64,000 nt of DNA. Origin: Verrucomicrobiia bacterium. GTDB lineage: Bacteria > Verrucomicrobiota > Verrucomicrobiia > Limisphaerales > UBA1319. Below the pieces are notes generated by a model. The model was not told the origin of the DNA. It made no database searches and saw only the letters and a program-made list of their open reading frames with translations. Below, one piece after another: positions 29,665 to 39,864 of the stretch; position 1 is the first letter of the stretch, and each line of letters begins with the position of its first letter. Both the position numbers and the translations under genes were made by a program. The stretch is taken from contig OY760937.1 of the NCBI GenBank assembly GCA_963664225.1, forward strand, positions 3,808,001 to 3,872,000, in the 5' to 3' direction.

Positions 29665-31557
29665 ATGATCATGAAGCAGCCTGGCGTCGAAAAGTCCCGC
29701 AGCGGGAAAATTTGGTCAATGGGTGTCGTTGCTTGTTGTTTGTGCATGCTGTTGGGCACGGCCTGGGGCGGCTTTGCTCAAGGCGCGCGTCTTCAGCCGC
29801 CCAAGCCGGATGGCAACGGCAATGTCATTCTTGAATTGCAGAGCCAAAGCCGGACCAATTATAGCGTTGAAAAATCCAGCGACCTGGCGACCTGGAATTT
29901 CCTTTTTTCGGGAATGACCAGCAATGGCATTTTGCGTTTCACCGATTCCCTGGACAGCTCCGACACACGGAATTTCTATCGCGGATGGGAGGGCACCAAC
30001 GAAATGGGCGGTCCTCCTCCCCAAGTCCATCAAACGCTCGATCCCGACCAGAGCGTCACCATGCTCGTAACGACCAATCAGGAGATCCTGACCCTCACCA
30101 ACCAGCAAGGAGTTCGTTTCACGCTGGAGGTGCCTGCCAACGCCTTTCTGGAACCGCAAATCATTTCGATGACCCTGGTGACCAACCTTGAGGGGCACCC
30201 CTTCGATGGCAGCAATCTCTGGGCGGTTGCGTTCGAGCCAGATGGCCTCGATTTTTTGGCGCCAGCCTTGTTGACCATTGATTTACCGGTTGCGGTGCCG
30301 GTTGAATCGCTGGCCAGCTTTTGGTATTCCGCAGACAGCACCGATTTCGGACTGATGCCCGACGCAATCTGGACGAATCGGATCCAGTTTCCGATTTACC
30401 ATTTCAGCGGCTACGGAGCCGGGACAACCGGCAGTGGGGCCTACCAGGCGCAGGCGAATCGATCGGTGCGCAATGCCTTCCAGCAACTCAATCAACAGAT
30501 CGCTGTGGAATTGCGAGGAGCACGCAAGGTGGGGAAACTGCCCTTCGGTGAGACCGCCTTGCCGGCGGACATCAAGAGCCAGGTTGCAGCTACCATTGAA
30601 AGTTTTCTCGATAAAAGGTATGGGCCGAACGGGCCTGTATTTATGGGGGACTGTTCCGGGGTCAATAAGGAGATTCTTCGAATCCCACAGATTCTGTTTC
30701 TCCTAAGGCGTCATGGCATGACGCAAGATGATGTCAGTCAGGGGGTGACACAAATGGTGGACAAGCTGTGTCCCGCCATCCAGGACTGCATGAGCAAGGC
30801 GCTCGCCGATTGCAGGGCGCAGAAACCCGGGGCATACGAGGCGTGCATCAGGCTCAAGCAAGCCGCCTTCGACAATATTAACACGTGCAATATCAGTTTC
30901 CCGTTGTCGATGCTTAGTCCCTGTGCGCCAGCGTGGGGCGGAACCCTGTGGTATCACGCTGAAGGCTCGACGAATGATGGCAAATCCTCGTCGAATCAAC
31001 GCAATGCTTTGACCAGAGTCGTAAAACTGGAAGTCAACGCCGTTGTGACGGACTCGATTGATTTTTCGCCTGCGGACGGCTCGCATATTTTTGCACTGAC
31101 GTTCGCGCGGAGCTGGCTTGCTGTCAGCAAAGGCAGTTCGACTGACGAAGCCTGGGGTTGTGAAGGCGCCGCGGATTATCCGAATGGCCTGAATTCGGTC
31201 ATGAAGAAAAACTTGATGCAGTTTCGGACCAACGACGAGCAAAGCGTGCAACTGATGATTTCCGGCACCAATGTGACGATGCTCTCTTCCGTGGGCAGCA
31301 TTTCCGGCCTGTTCGACGGTCCCATGGACTTGACCACAACAACCACCAAAAATGTGGATTGTTTTGGAAAAACTCTGAGTTTTTCCGTCAAGACCGCGAC
31401 ATCGAATTGGGGCTGGCCGGGTCAGGCAGACACCAAAGCCCCGAGTCAGGTTTTGATCACCACCAATTTGATTCAGATTAGTTGGACCAATTACAGCATG
31501 ATCATGGATGCGCCTGTGGCCGAGAGAGTTTATCTCCAGCTTATCAAGAACGAGTAA
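29665..31557 (+). CDS. Secreted hypothetical protein with a ZU5-like domain
   Basis: Signal-like N-terminus; YSVEKSSDLATW module; TLEVPANAF...FEPDGLDF...YHFSGYG; Cys-rich middle. Confidence 0.65.
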   Translation: MIMKQPGVEKSRSGKIWSMGVVACCLCMLLGTAWGGFAQGARLQPPKPDGNGNVILELQSQSRTNYSVEKSSDLATWNFLFSGMTSNGILRFTDSLDSSDTRNFYRGWEGTNEMGGPPPQVHQTLDPDQSVTMLVTTNQEILTLTNQQGVRFTLEVPANAFLEPQIISMTLVTNLEGHPFDGSNLWAVAFEPDGLDFLAPALLTIDLPVAVPVESLASFWYSADSTDFGLMPDAIWTNRIQFPIYHFSGYGAGTTGSGAYQAQANRSVRNAFQQLNQQIAVELRGARKVGKLPFGETALPADIKSQVAATIESFLDKRYGPNGPVFMGDCSGVNKEILRIPQILFLLRRHGMTQDDVSQGVTQMVDKLCPAIQDCMSKALADCRAQKPGAYEACIRLKQAAFDNINTCNISFPLSMLSPCAPAWGGTLWYHAEGSTNDGKSSSNQRNALTRVVKLEVNAVVTDSIDFSPADGSHIFALTFARSWLAVSKGSSTDEAWGCEGAADYPNGLNSVMKKNLMQFRTNDEQSVQLMISGTNVTMLSSVGSISGLFDGPMDLTTTTTKNVDCFGKTLSFSVKTATSNWGWPGQADTKAPSQVLITTNLIQISWTNYSMIMDAPVAERVYLQLIKNE

Positions 31558-31610
31558 CCTGGGAAATGCCCGGATCAAAAAAGCCTTCTGAATTTGGGAT
31601 TCCTGCTTCA

Positions 31611-31883
31611 TCACTCAAAAAACCGTTCGAGGTCCTGGAAGACAGGATGGTCGGCCGGGTGGCGGCGGACTTCGTGGACATCCGCGAGCTTTTCGAGCTG
31701 GCGCACTACTTGATCGAGGCGGATATCTTCGCAGACGCGCAGCCAGATGCGACTGCGAGACGGGTCGGCCAGCGGCAGGCAGAGGATGCCATCCACGTTG
31801 AAGGCGCGGCGGGCGAAGAGGCCCATGACATGGGACATGACGCCTGGGTGATTCGAGACGGTGAGTTGGAGAATGGTGTTCAT
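31611..31883 (-). CDS. ilvN: Acetolactate synthase small (ACT) subunit
   Basis: NHPGVMSHVMGLFARRAFNVDGILCLP is very close to enterobacterial IlvN. Confidence 0.9.
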   Translation of the reverse strand: MNTILQLTVSNHPGVMSHVMGLFARRAFNVDGILCLPLADPSRSRIWLRVCEDIRLDQVVRQLEKLADVHEVRRHPADHPVFQDLERFFE

Positions 31884-31920
31884 ATTTACAGGTGTGCAGG
31901 TGTATTGCGCGATTCAGGAT

Positions 31921-33588
31921 TCATGCGTGCGTCAGCATTTGCGAGTTGGGTCCACCGGGGCGCACCATTGGAAACACTTTATCATACACATCCACCGGGG
32001 CGTGAATGAGGTGCGGGCCGGGCACCAGCAGCGCGGCGGCGAGGGCGGCGGCGGGATCACTCGCTTCTCCGAGGCGCGTGGAAGGAATCCCAAAGCAGTT
32101 CGCTATGCCGGCAAAGTCGGTTCTTTTCGCATAATTCACGGCGATGAATCGCCCGCCGTAGAAGAGATCCTGTTGCTGGTGCACGAGGCCAAGCGAATGG
32201 TTGTCGAGCAGGATGATTTTCACATCGAGGTTTTCTTCGGCAAGCGTGGCCAATTCCTGGATGTTCATGAGGAAACTGCCATCGCCCGAGAAACAGACCA
32301 CGGAGCGTCCGGGCGCCGCAAGCGCGGCCCCGATGGCGGCGGGCAGGCCGAAGCCCATGGTGCCGAGACCGCCCGACGTGAGCCAGGTGCGATGGGAGCG
32401 GAAGGGATACGCCTGTGCGACTTTCATTTGGTGCTGGCCCACATCGGTTGTGACGATGGTGTCGTCCGGGAGGCACGCGGCCGCACCCCGGATGATGCCG
32501 TAAGCGGTTGATGGATCATCCTCACCTTCGAGTTGGAGGGGATAAGTCGCGCGGAGGCGGCGGATTTCTTCCATCCACTCTTCCCGTTGGCTGGCTTCGA
32601 CCATGGGCCGGAGCGCCTGGAGGGCATCACAGGCATCGGCGACAATCCCGATTGAGGTCGGTTTGATCTTTTCGATCTCGCTCGGGTCGATGTCGATGTG
32701 GATGATCCGGGCGCGCGGGCAGAACGCCTCGACCTTGCCGGTGGCCCGGTCGTCAAACCGCGCCCCCACGGCGATGAGGAGGTCGCAAACCTCAAGGGCG
32801 TGATTGGTGAATCGCGCGCCATGCATGCCCAGCATGCCGAGGTTCAGTGGATGGGTGGAAGGAATTGCGTCGAGCGCCAGCAGGGTGGGGGCGATTGGTA
32901 TGGATGCTTTTTCCGCGAACTGCAACAAATCCTCCGCCGCGCCGCTGGCTATGATCCCTCCCCCGATGTAGAGAATCGGACGCCGGGCCGAATGAATCAT
33001 ATCAGCGGCGGCGCGAAGCCGGTCCATGTCCAAAGGCTTTGTGGGGTCTGGCATACCAGGCTCGGGCAGGGACTCGATCTCGATCTCGGCCATTTGCACG
33101 TCCTTGGGCACGTCGATCAGCACGGGGCCGGGCCGCCCGGACGAAGCAATGCGGAAGGCCTCGGGGATGATCCGGATCAGTTCGTGGGCGTCGCGCACCA
33201 GATAGTTGTGTTTGGTGATTGGAATGCTCAGGCCGTAGGTGTCAATTTCCTGGAATGCATCGGTGCCAATGAGCGCAGTGGCCACCTGGCCCGTGATGCA
33301 AACCAGCGGGATGCTGTCGAGCTTGGCGTCGGCAATTGCGGTCAACACATTCGTCGCGCCGGGGCCGGAGGTGGCGAAACAGACCTGCGGACGTCCAGTC
33401 ACCCGCGCCATGCCCTGGGCCATGAATCCGGCACCCTGTTCGTGCCGGGCGAGGACATGGCGGATGCGGCGGCTGCGCGAAAGGGCGTCATACAGCGGGA
33501 GACTCGCGCCGCCCGGGATGCCCGCGATGATTTCGATGCCCTGGCGTTCAAGCAGGGTGATGATGAGTTCTGCGCCTGTGGTTTTCAT
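31921..33588 (-). CDS. ilvB: Acetolactate synthase large subunit
   Basis: RHEQGAGFMA, TSGPGATN, DAFQE, TDVGQHQM, TPP-binding motif GDGSFLMN. Confidence 0.95.
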   Translation of the reverse strand: MKTTGAELIITLLERQGIEIIAGIPGGASLPLYDALSRSRRIRHVLARHEQGAGFMAQGMARVTGRPQVCFATSGPGATNVLTAIADAKLDSIPLVCITGQVATALIGTDAFQEIDTYGLSIPITKHNYLVRDAHELIRIIPEAFRIASSGRPGPVLIDVPKDVQMAEIEIESLPEPGMPDPTKPLDMDRLRAAADMIHSARRPILYIGGGIIASGAAEDLLQFAEKASIPIAPTLLALDAIPSTHPLNLGMLGMHGARFTNHALEVCDLLIAVGARFDDRATGKVEAFCPRARIIHIDIDPSEIEKIKPTSIGIVADACDALQALRPMVEASQREEWMEEIRRLRATYPLQLEGEDDPSTAYGIIRGAAACLPDDTIVTTDVGQHQMKVAQAYPFRSHRTWLTSGGLGTMGFGLPAAIGAALAAPGRSVVCFSGDGSFLMNIQELATLAEENLDVKIILLDNHSLGLVHQQQDLFYGGRFIAVNYAKRTDFAGIANCFGIPSTRLGEASDPAAALAAALLVPGPHLIHAPVDVYDKVFPMVRPGGPNSQMLTHA

Positions 33589-33627
33589 TTTCTCTTTATT
33601 TGGCTGGCGCCGAAGCTTGCAGGCGGA

Positions 33628-33669
33628 GAAAACAAAAAACCCCGCCGGCTCGCACCGGCAGGGTTTTTT
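33628..33669 (-). terminator. Attenuator terminator hairpin upstream of ilvB
   Basis: AAAAAACCCTGCCGG-TGCGAG-CCGGCGGGGTTTTTTGTTTT. Confidence 0.85.
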
Positions 33670-33687
33670 AAAATGTTGGACAAATCC

Positions 33688-33780
33688 CTACCGAGCGACG
33701 CTGTCAACGACAACGACTACTACGACCACTGACAGTGTAACTGCCAGCGCGGCGGAATTTAATATGTGTGAATGATTCAT
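33688..33780 (-). CDS. ilvB leader peptide (attenuation)
   Basis: MNHSHILNSAALAVTLSVVVVVVVVDSVAR*, with 8 consecutive Val codons just before the terminator; resembles E. coli ivbL. Confidence 0.85.
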   Translation of the reverse strand: MNHSHILNSAALAVTLSVVVVVVVVDSVAR

Positions 33781-33929
33781 CACAACTTCGCCGCCAATGT
33801 GGACGCGGTTTTTTCCGGCGTCAACATTTTTGGAGAGAAATTTTATTCGGACGAATTTGACTCAAATCAAAAGACACAGGAGATCCCTTTCAATGATCCT
33901 GAGTCAGCAAAAGAAGAACGCGTTCTTTC

Positions 33930-34247
33930 TTATTTGGGAATTGAATTCGTTTGCCCCGAGTTTCTCGCTGCCATTTCGCGCAGCAATTCGGTGTAACGTT
34001 TTAGCATCTTTTCCTGTTCTGGATTGAGCCGTGATGTCCGGCTCATTTTAACCAGCCAGTCGTTCCATTGCATCGGAGTGTAAGCCGCAGGCGAATGTAA
34101 TTCGTGGCACTTCGCGCATTTGCCCAGATACAGCTTTTTCGCTTCCTTTAGTTCGCGGGGTGAAATTCCTGGCGACTCGGTTGCGCCAGTTGAGATTGCG
34201 AGGAGAGTCACCGTCACCAACAATGCAGCCAGTTTTAATTGTTTCAT
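33930..34247 (-). CDS. Small monoheme cytochrome c
   Basis: Signal peptide, CAKCH heme motif, distal Met (WLVKM). Confidence 0.8.
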   Translation of the reverse strand: MKQLKLAALLVTVTLLAISTGATESPGISPRELKEAKKLYLGKCAKCHELHSPAAYTPMQWNDWLVKMSRTSRLNPEQEKMLKRYTELLREMAARNSGQTNSIPK

Positions 34248-35056
34248 CAGAAGGAAAATCCCGCAACCAAACGGGTGTTGACCCGCTCATGGCCTTCCAA
34301 TTCGAACTGATGATTGTTATCCGCATTATCGGTAAAATTCACCCCGAATACTTGGGGCATGACGCTCAAAACAGCCCACCACCGGCCCCGGTGATAGCTG
34401 GCAACCGGCCCGAGATAGAACGCGGTGTTTTCCCATTCTGAGTAATTGGGGATTTCGTTGTGATCGCGCATTTCGACACCAACACCCCAATATTTTCCGA
34501 TTTGGCGCGCAAGGCCAAAACTCAGTTCCACCTCTCCTTCAGAGTTGCGGTAGCGATCGGTCCATTCGGCGGCATGCGTCAGATTCAGAGCCCATTTCCA
34601 GCGTCCAAAACGCTGGCCCAGAATAATTTTGGCTTCGACCTCGGCTTCGTCATCGGAAAGACGCGGTTCAAGGTAGAGGGTCAAACCGACCTTGTGCTCG
34701 GCAGGATTCCAGATCTGGTAGCGGTTCTCGAATGAAATGCCATCCCACTGGAAGGTTGAATGTTTGATGCCGGTGCCGGGATCCCGAAAGGACTGTTGGA
34801 ATGAGTTTAGATAGAGTTCCACCGTGTAATTGTCGGTCACACCATATTCGATGGAGTCACGAAACTCCCACCGGTTGAAATTGTCCTGTCCGACCGTGGC
34901 ATTGCGCTGGCTGCGCCAGGTGACCCACTGTTCGAATTCCCATCCACCCTTGGGCATGGTTTCCGGCTCATAAGAATAACCAAACATCCGCTCGTTTGCC
35001 GAGGCGGAGAGACTCAGGCCAAAAAGAACGCAGGCCAAACATAAATTATTCGTCAT
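34247..35056 (-). CDS. Putative outer-membrane beta-barrel protein (DUF6662-like)
   Basis: Signal peptide, FGYSYEPETMPKGGWEFEQW, alternating beta strands, C-terminal Phe (AGFSF). Confidence 0.7.
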   Translation of the reverse strand: MTNNLCLACVLFGLSLSASANERMFGYSYEPETMPKGGWEFEQWVTWRSQRNATVGQDNFNRWEFRDSIEYGVTDNYTVELYLNSFQQSFRDPGTGIKHSTFQWDGISFENRYQIWNPAEHKVGLTLYLEPRLSDDEAEVEAKIILGQRFGRWKWALNLTHAAEWTDRYRNSEGEVELSFGLARQIGKYWGVGVEMRDHNEIPNYSEWENTAFYLGPVASYHRGRWWAVLSVMPQVFGVNFTDNADNNHQFELEGHERVNTRLVAGFSF

Positions 35057-35068
35057 GGCAAAACTCTA

Positions 35069-35087
35069 AATGAGACACGGTCTCAAT
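35069..35087. promoter_or_regulatory. Palindromic operator, Fur-family-like box
   Basis: AATGAGAC-ACG-GTCTCAAT, 12 nt upstream of the barrel gene start. Confidence 0.55.
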
Positions 35088-35183
35088 AGCAACCCGAAAA
35101 ACCTGCGCACCGTGGTCATGAATTAATGCGATCTATGAGCTTGTTGGCGTTGTCCCCATGGGATAATCTCGGCAACAATCCTT

Positions 35184-37901
35184 ATGATCCCTGCCAAAAT
35201 AATCTGCCTCGTGGTCTTTGTGCTGTTGGATTTTAATGCGTATTCCCGCGAGTTTGAAGGAGCGCGCACCAACTCAACACTGTTGAACGGTTCCTGGGAG
35301 TTTGCCGTGGGAACGGGAGACGAGACCGCAGGAACTGCTGCAGGACAGCAGAATCTGAAATGGAAACCGGTAATCTTGCCGGGTCCGTTCATGCCCTATT
35401 CGAATGAATCCGCGAACAGCATTAAATGTGTTTGGGCGCGCAGAAAAATTCAGATTTCCAGAACTCAGTCCGAGGGCATTGCGGTGTTGCGCTGGAACCG
35501 CATCGCCTGCGGTGCGGCGGCTTACATAAACGGTAAGAAGGTCGGCGAGAATGAACCCACCGGACCCTATCAAGTCATTCTTCCGCGGGGCGTGCTTCAG
35601 CGGGGCGAAAACGAGATTGTGCTCAAAATACGCGGTGCGGCGGGGGTGCGGCGGAGTCAGAGCGGAAATGCCTTGATCCCAGCAGGATTCGGCGTGGGCA
35701 TGCCGGAAGTGACCGATGACGTGTGGATCGATTTTGCAGATGGGGCGTACGTGAAGTGGGCGTTGGCTATCCCTGATGTGGCCGGCAGCCGTGTGAGGAT
35801 CCGTGTTACACCGGTCGGTCTTGAACGAATGGATGATTTGCGAATCGTCGCGCAGGTGAAACAATGGCCGGAAGGAAAGGTCGTCGGCGAAGGTCAGACG
35901 TTGGCCAGACTTGTGCCGGACCAGGATCCACTTGGAGGCGAACACTTCTTGGTCGAAATTCCGATGCCGGACTTCAAGCCTTGGACCCATGAGAATTGCC
36001 CTCTCTACACCGCCCGTGTGAAACTTGTCAGCAATGGGCGAATTCTGGACGAACTAACCTTCCGATTTGGGATGCGCGAGATCGGTGTGAAGGCCCGCAA
36101 CTACCAATTGAACGGCAGGAACCTTTGGCTGCGCGGTTCGAATCTGGTGTTTGAATGGAACTGGGCCGACACCATCACTGGCCATGAAACGGATTACCTG
36201 GTCACTGAGGCCCGGGAGTTGAGCATGAACTCCTTCCGCACGCACACCCAACCGCCACCGAGACTGTGGTGCGACATTTGCGACGAGAACGGAACCATGA
36301 TTCTGGCTGAGTTTCCGGTCCTCTACAATTACGCGGATTACAAATTCACAGCCGAGGAATACAAAATCTGGCATCAGAATGTGCTCACCGACGTGACTGG
36401 CTGGATGACCAGACTCTGGAACCATCCTTCGGTCATCATGTGGGTTTTGTCCAACGAATCGCGAGGAGACAATGTGTGGGAGGAGGGGCCCTATCAGGAT
36501 TTCGTCAACGCATTCGATCCGACGCGTCCGACACTGCGGACCGGCTCCACAGGAACCAAAGAAAACTACGATTTGCATCCGTGCGGTAATGTCACAGAAA
36601 CGGATGAAGGTCATCTTCAACCGCAGATTCGAGGATGGATCGAGGCAGCCGGTGAGCGCACCACCACGGTCACCGAATACATGAACGACTTTGGCCATCC
36701 ACGCACGCAATGGACTGGAGTGGATGACCGGGCTGCGAACGATCTGGCGGTCGCCCAGATAGGGGCCGAGCATACGGAAGCGATGCGTCGCGCCCGGCTT
36801 GATGGCATCTGGCCGTACATGTATGCGGGTTGGACGCGGACGCGGCTCGCAGCCCGTGTCAAAGAAACCGGCAAGGGAAGCGCCATCTGGAAGGCCAACT
36901 ACGCCGCACCACAATCGGCTGCATGGCACAGTTCGCTTTCTCCCGTGCTTGCCAGTCTTGATTTGTTCGATCCCAATTACACGACCGGGCAAGCTGTCAC
37001 CAACGATCTTCATTTAATCAATGACTCCTGGCATGACGCCAGAATCCATGTGGATTTGTTGCTCACCCGGGAATGCCCTGAGTTTATTCCAGAAGCGAAG
37101 TGTTTTGATGAGCCAGTCCAAAAGTGGAGCTTCGATTTTGCGCTCAAGGCTGACTCTGTCGAGAAGGTGCCGGTTACCTGGAAACTGCCGATGGAGCAGG
37201 GAAACTATTGGCTCACGGCGCGCATGACCGGTGTGTCCGGACGTCCCGTGTTAAGCCAGCGTTTCGTGCGAGCCATTTCCGCACTCACCTTGCCCGCTGC
37301 CGTGAAAAAGCAGGAGTATGCAGTGGTGGGAGGGGATCATGTCGCGCAAGATTTTTTCCAGTCGCACGGTCTCCCGACCACTTCGAGGCTGGACGCCTTG
37401 ATTCCCAATCAACATGTGGTGGTTATTTGGGATGCCTCGCGCCTCTCATCTGAAGAAAAGCGCCAAACCAAAATTCTCGATGATTTTCTGCGTGTTGGAG
37501 GGAAGGTGGTTGTCTTATCCACTCCTTCCTGGGACTGGTCGGAATTGTGCGATGTGAAGATCCTCCGCGATCCACGCTTCTCTCGCGTGTTTCCCTGTCA
37601 GGATCGCAAAGACGCGCTCCTGGCGGGCGTTGATCCAACCTGGCTGATCCGTTGGAATGGCATGCCCGGATCCGTTGCGGTGGGATCGCTGGAAGGTCCC
37701 GGCATGGCCAAAGCGGAGAAGATCCTTTGGGCGCGCGAACCGAAAACAACCGTGATGGCATTGGTTCCCGCCGCCTCGGGGGCCGGTCAAATCTTGTTTG
37801 CGCAGCTTGATCTAAAAGGGCGCGTGGATCGTTCCAAACCCGGCTACGATCCAGTGGCCGAGCGAGTCCTGCTCAGCCTGCTGGTTCGGCAGGATCGGTG
37901 A
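35184..37901 (+). CDS. Glycoside hydrolase family 2 protein
   Basis: LNGSWEF, RFGMRE, NSFRTH, NHPSVIMWVLSNE, DPTRP, TEY. Confidence 0.85.
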   Translation: MIPAKIICLVVFVLLDFNAYSREFEGARTNSTLLNGSWEFAVGTGDETAGTAAGQQNLKWKPVILPGPFMPYSNESANSIKCVWARRKIQISRTQSEGIAVLRWNRIACGAAAYINGKKVGENEPTGPYQVILPRGVLQRGENEIVLKIRGAAGVRRSQSGNALIPAGFGVGMPEVTDDVWIDFADGAYVKWALAIPDVAGSRVRIRVTPVGLERMDDLRIVAQVKQWPEGKVVGEGQTLARLVPDQDPLGGEHFLVEIPMPDFKPWTHENCPLYTARVKLVSNGRILDELTFRFGMREIGVKARNYQLNGRNLWLRGSNLVFEWNWADTITGHETDYLVTEARELSMNSFRTHTQPPPRLWCDICDENGTMILAEFPVLYNYADYKFTAEEYKIWHQNVLTDVTGWMTRLWNHPSVIMWVLSNESRGDNVWEEGPYQDFVNAFDPTRPTLRTGSTGTKENYDLHPCGNVTETDEGHLQPQIRGWIEAAGERTTTVTEYMNDFGHPRTQWTGVDDRAANDLAVAQIGAEHTEAMRRARLDGIWPYMYAGWTRTRLAARVKETGKGSAIWKANYAAPQSAAWHSSLSPVLASLDLFDPNYTTGQAVTNDLHLINDSWHDARIHVDLLLTRECPEFIPEAKCFDEPVQKWSFDFALKADSVEKVPVTWKLPMEQGNYWLTARMTGVSGRPVLSQRFVRAISALTLPAAVKKQEYAVVGGDHVAQDFFQSHGLPTTSRLDALIPNQHVVVIWDASRLSSEEKRQTKILDDFLRVGGKVVVLSTPSWDWSELCDVKILRDPRFSRVFPCQDRKDALLAGVDPTWLIRWNGMPGSVAVGSLEGPGMAKAEKILWAREPKTTVMALVPAASGAGQILFAQLDLKGRVDRSKPGYDPVAERVLLSLLVRQDR

Positions 37902-37936
37902 TTTTACAATAGCCGGTTCTAAAAGAGGGCCTATCC

Positions 37937-39091
37937 CTATTCCGGCTTAAGTCCCAATGCCTTCGCGACCACGGCGTCAACCACGGGTTTGCCGTTCACC
38001 ATTTTGCGGGCGAGGCCGAAGCCCTCGTCCCATCCCCAGACCGCCCAGCCAATGTGGTTCTCGGCCAGCACCTCGCCGAAATCGCGAAACCAGTTGGCCC
38101 GGTGCTCCGGCTTGCTGCGGGCGGGGAATACGCCAAACTCACCGCAATACAACGGCACCTCGTTTTTTGCGCCCCACTCGATGCCCTGGCGGAAACGCGC
38201 GGCCAATTTCTCCTTGTTCCAGCGCTCCCTGCCATAATTCTCGACCATTTTCTTTGAGGCAGGCGAGGCTTCCAGGCCAGCCAGGAGCGGTTCCACTGCC
38301 TCGGGACTCGAGGGGTAGGGGACGTCGTGCAATGGTTTGACGGCTTCGGAGCTCCAAGTCGCACCCTGGTGCGTGAAGGCAAACGGATCGTAACAATGGA
38401 ACGAATAAATGACGTTCTTGTCAGACAGCAGTTTGAGTTTTTTCAACCCGTCTATGCCGCCCCAATTGGGGCCGGATGTCACAATGGTGTGCTGCGGCGC
38501 GTTCTCGCGGATGACGGCTGCCAACCGGGTGTTCAGCGTGTTCCATTCCTCCTCGCGACGATCGAATACCGGCTCGTTGATGATTTCGAGAATGGTCATT
38601 TCGGGATCGAACCGGGAGAGCTGTTTTGCCAGCGAACCCCAGAATCGGGCAAAGGCATCCTGCCAGGCCGGATCGAGTTCAGAGGGGCGGTCTTCGTTGT
38701 GAATATCGACCATCACCAGCAGCCCGGCGCGGTGGAAACGCTCGATGGCGGCCTCCAATTGTTTGCCGCGCTCCTCGATGATATCGCCCGAGGTTCGATC
38801 CATGATGACGCGCGGCGCCACGCACAGGCGCACATGTTTCAGACCGATTCTGGCCATGAACCCCGCCTCGTCCTCTGAAATATAGTTCGTGAAATGATCG
38901 GGTTGATTGCGCCGGGGCGAACGAAACCACAGGCAGACGTTGGCGCCGGTCGCCAGCCGATCGAGGCGGCTGCGCGGGACCGCGGTCAAGGCTTCAGCGG
39001 CGAATGGCGAAGGTGTGATGGCCAGGCCGCCTGCGGCCAGGGCGGTCAGGCGCAAAAAAGAACGTCGGTCCATCGACATTGGATTTGTCAT
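37937..39091 (-). CDS. GH5 (cellulase family) hydrolase with Tat signal
   Basis: DRRSFL Tat motif, EIINEP acid/base, YSFHCY, CGEFG nucleophile. True start is one of the ATGs at 39073-39091. Confidence 0.88.
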   Translation of the reverse strand: MTNPMSMDRRSFLRLTALAAGGLAITPSPFAAEALTAVPRSRLDRLATGANVCLWFRSPRRNQPDHFTNYISEDEAGFMARIGLKHVRLCVAPRVIMDRTSGDIIEERGKQLEAAIERFHRAGLLVMVDIHNEDRPSELDPAWQDAFARFWGSLAKQLSRFDPEMTILEIINEPVFDRREEEWNTLNTRLAAVIRENAPQHTIVTSGPNWGGIDGLKKLKLLSDKNVIYSFHCYDPFAFTHQGATWSSEAVKPLHDVPYPSSPEAVEPLLAGLEASPASKKMVENYGRERWNKEKLAARFRQGIEWGAKNEVPLYCGEFGVFPARSKPEHRANWFRDFGEVLAENHIGWAVWGWDEGFGLARKMVNGKPVVDAVVAKALGLKPE

Positions 39092-39864
39092 AACGTCAAT
39101 CGATTTGGGTTCCAAATTAGACGCGGCATGCACCGGAATATTCAACATCATTTCGCGAAGCCCATCCCCGGGAAACTGAACCGTAGCAAGCGCCTGCACC
39201 ACGAATCCACGCTCGGGAAATTGGGTGGACGGCTGGGGAATAATGGGTTCCGGATCTGCGTATGTATGCAGAAAGCGACCGTTATCATGAGATGGGCTGT
39301 GTGTGGGGAATCATGGCTGGCACGGGTTGCTGGCGGAGTCAGGTGTGGTATCTTAAACTAGCTACGGAGCCATGGGTTTTCAGCAGGCTTCCCCGCCTGC
39401 GGCCAGTTCTTTGAGCGCCGTGGTGATTGAAAGGCGCAGGTGTGAGGCCTGCGCCATCGTATGTTTCCCAGGCAAGGATGCTTTCAAGGCTTGTTCAGTC
39501 ATGAGACTTTACAGTTTGTTAAAGGAGGTGTCCGCTTTTTGGTGTTTTCGTTCCCGGCGCATTTGGAATTGCGTTTGAAAATATCGTTTGCGAATGCCGG
39601 GATACGTGCTTTCTTTCTACTAATAAAGTCCATTAGAGGACCAAATAAGAAAGCCAGGGTGGGGTTGCTGGGGCAGGGGCGGGAATCCACCTCATTTCAT
39701 ATGTTGGCCATCAATGGATGCCATGCCAGCGGCTGATGCGATTTATGAAAGAAGAAACGATCCTGATGGGTCCGCTTTGGACCGTCTTCCAACAGTACTC
39801 CACCCGCCGGATTCATTTCAGTTGCCTGCACCGGCGCGCTGCAAACCCATGTTCCCCAGGTTTT

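Noticed and set aside
39318..39331. TGGCACGGGTTGC as a sigma-54 promoter
   Set aside because: GG-to-GC spacing is 8 nt, not the required 10.
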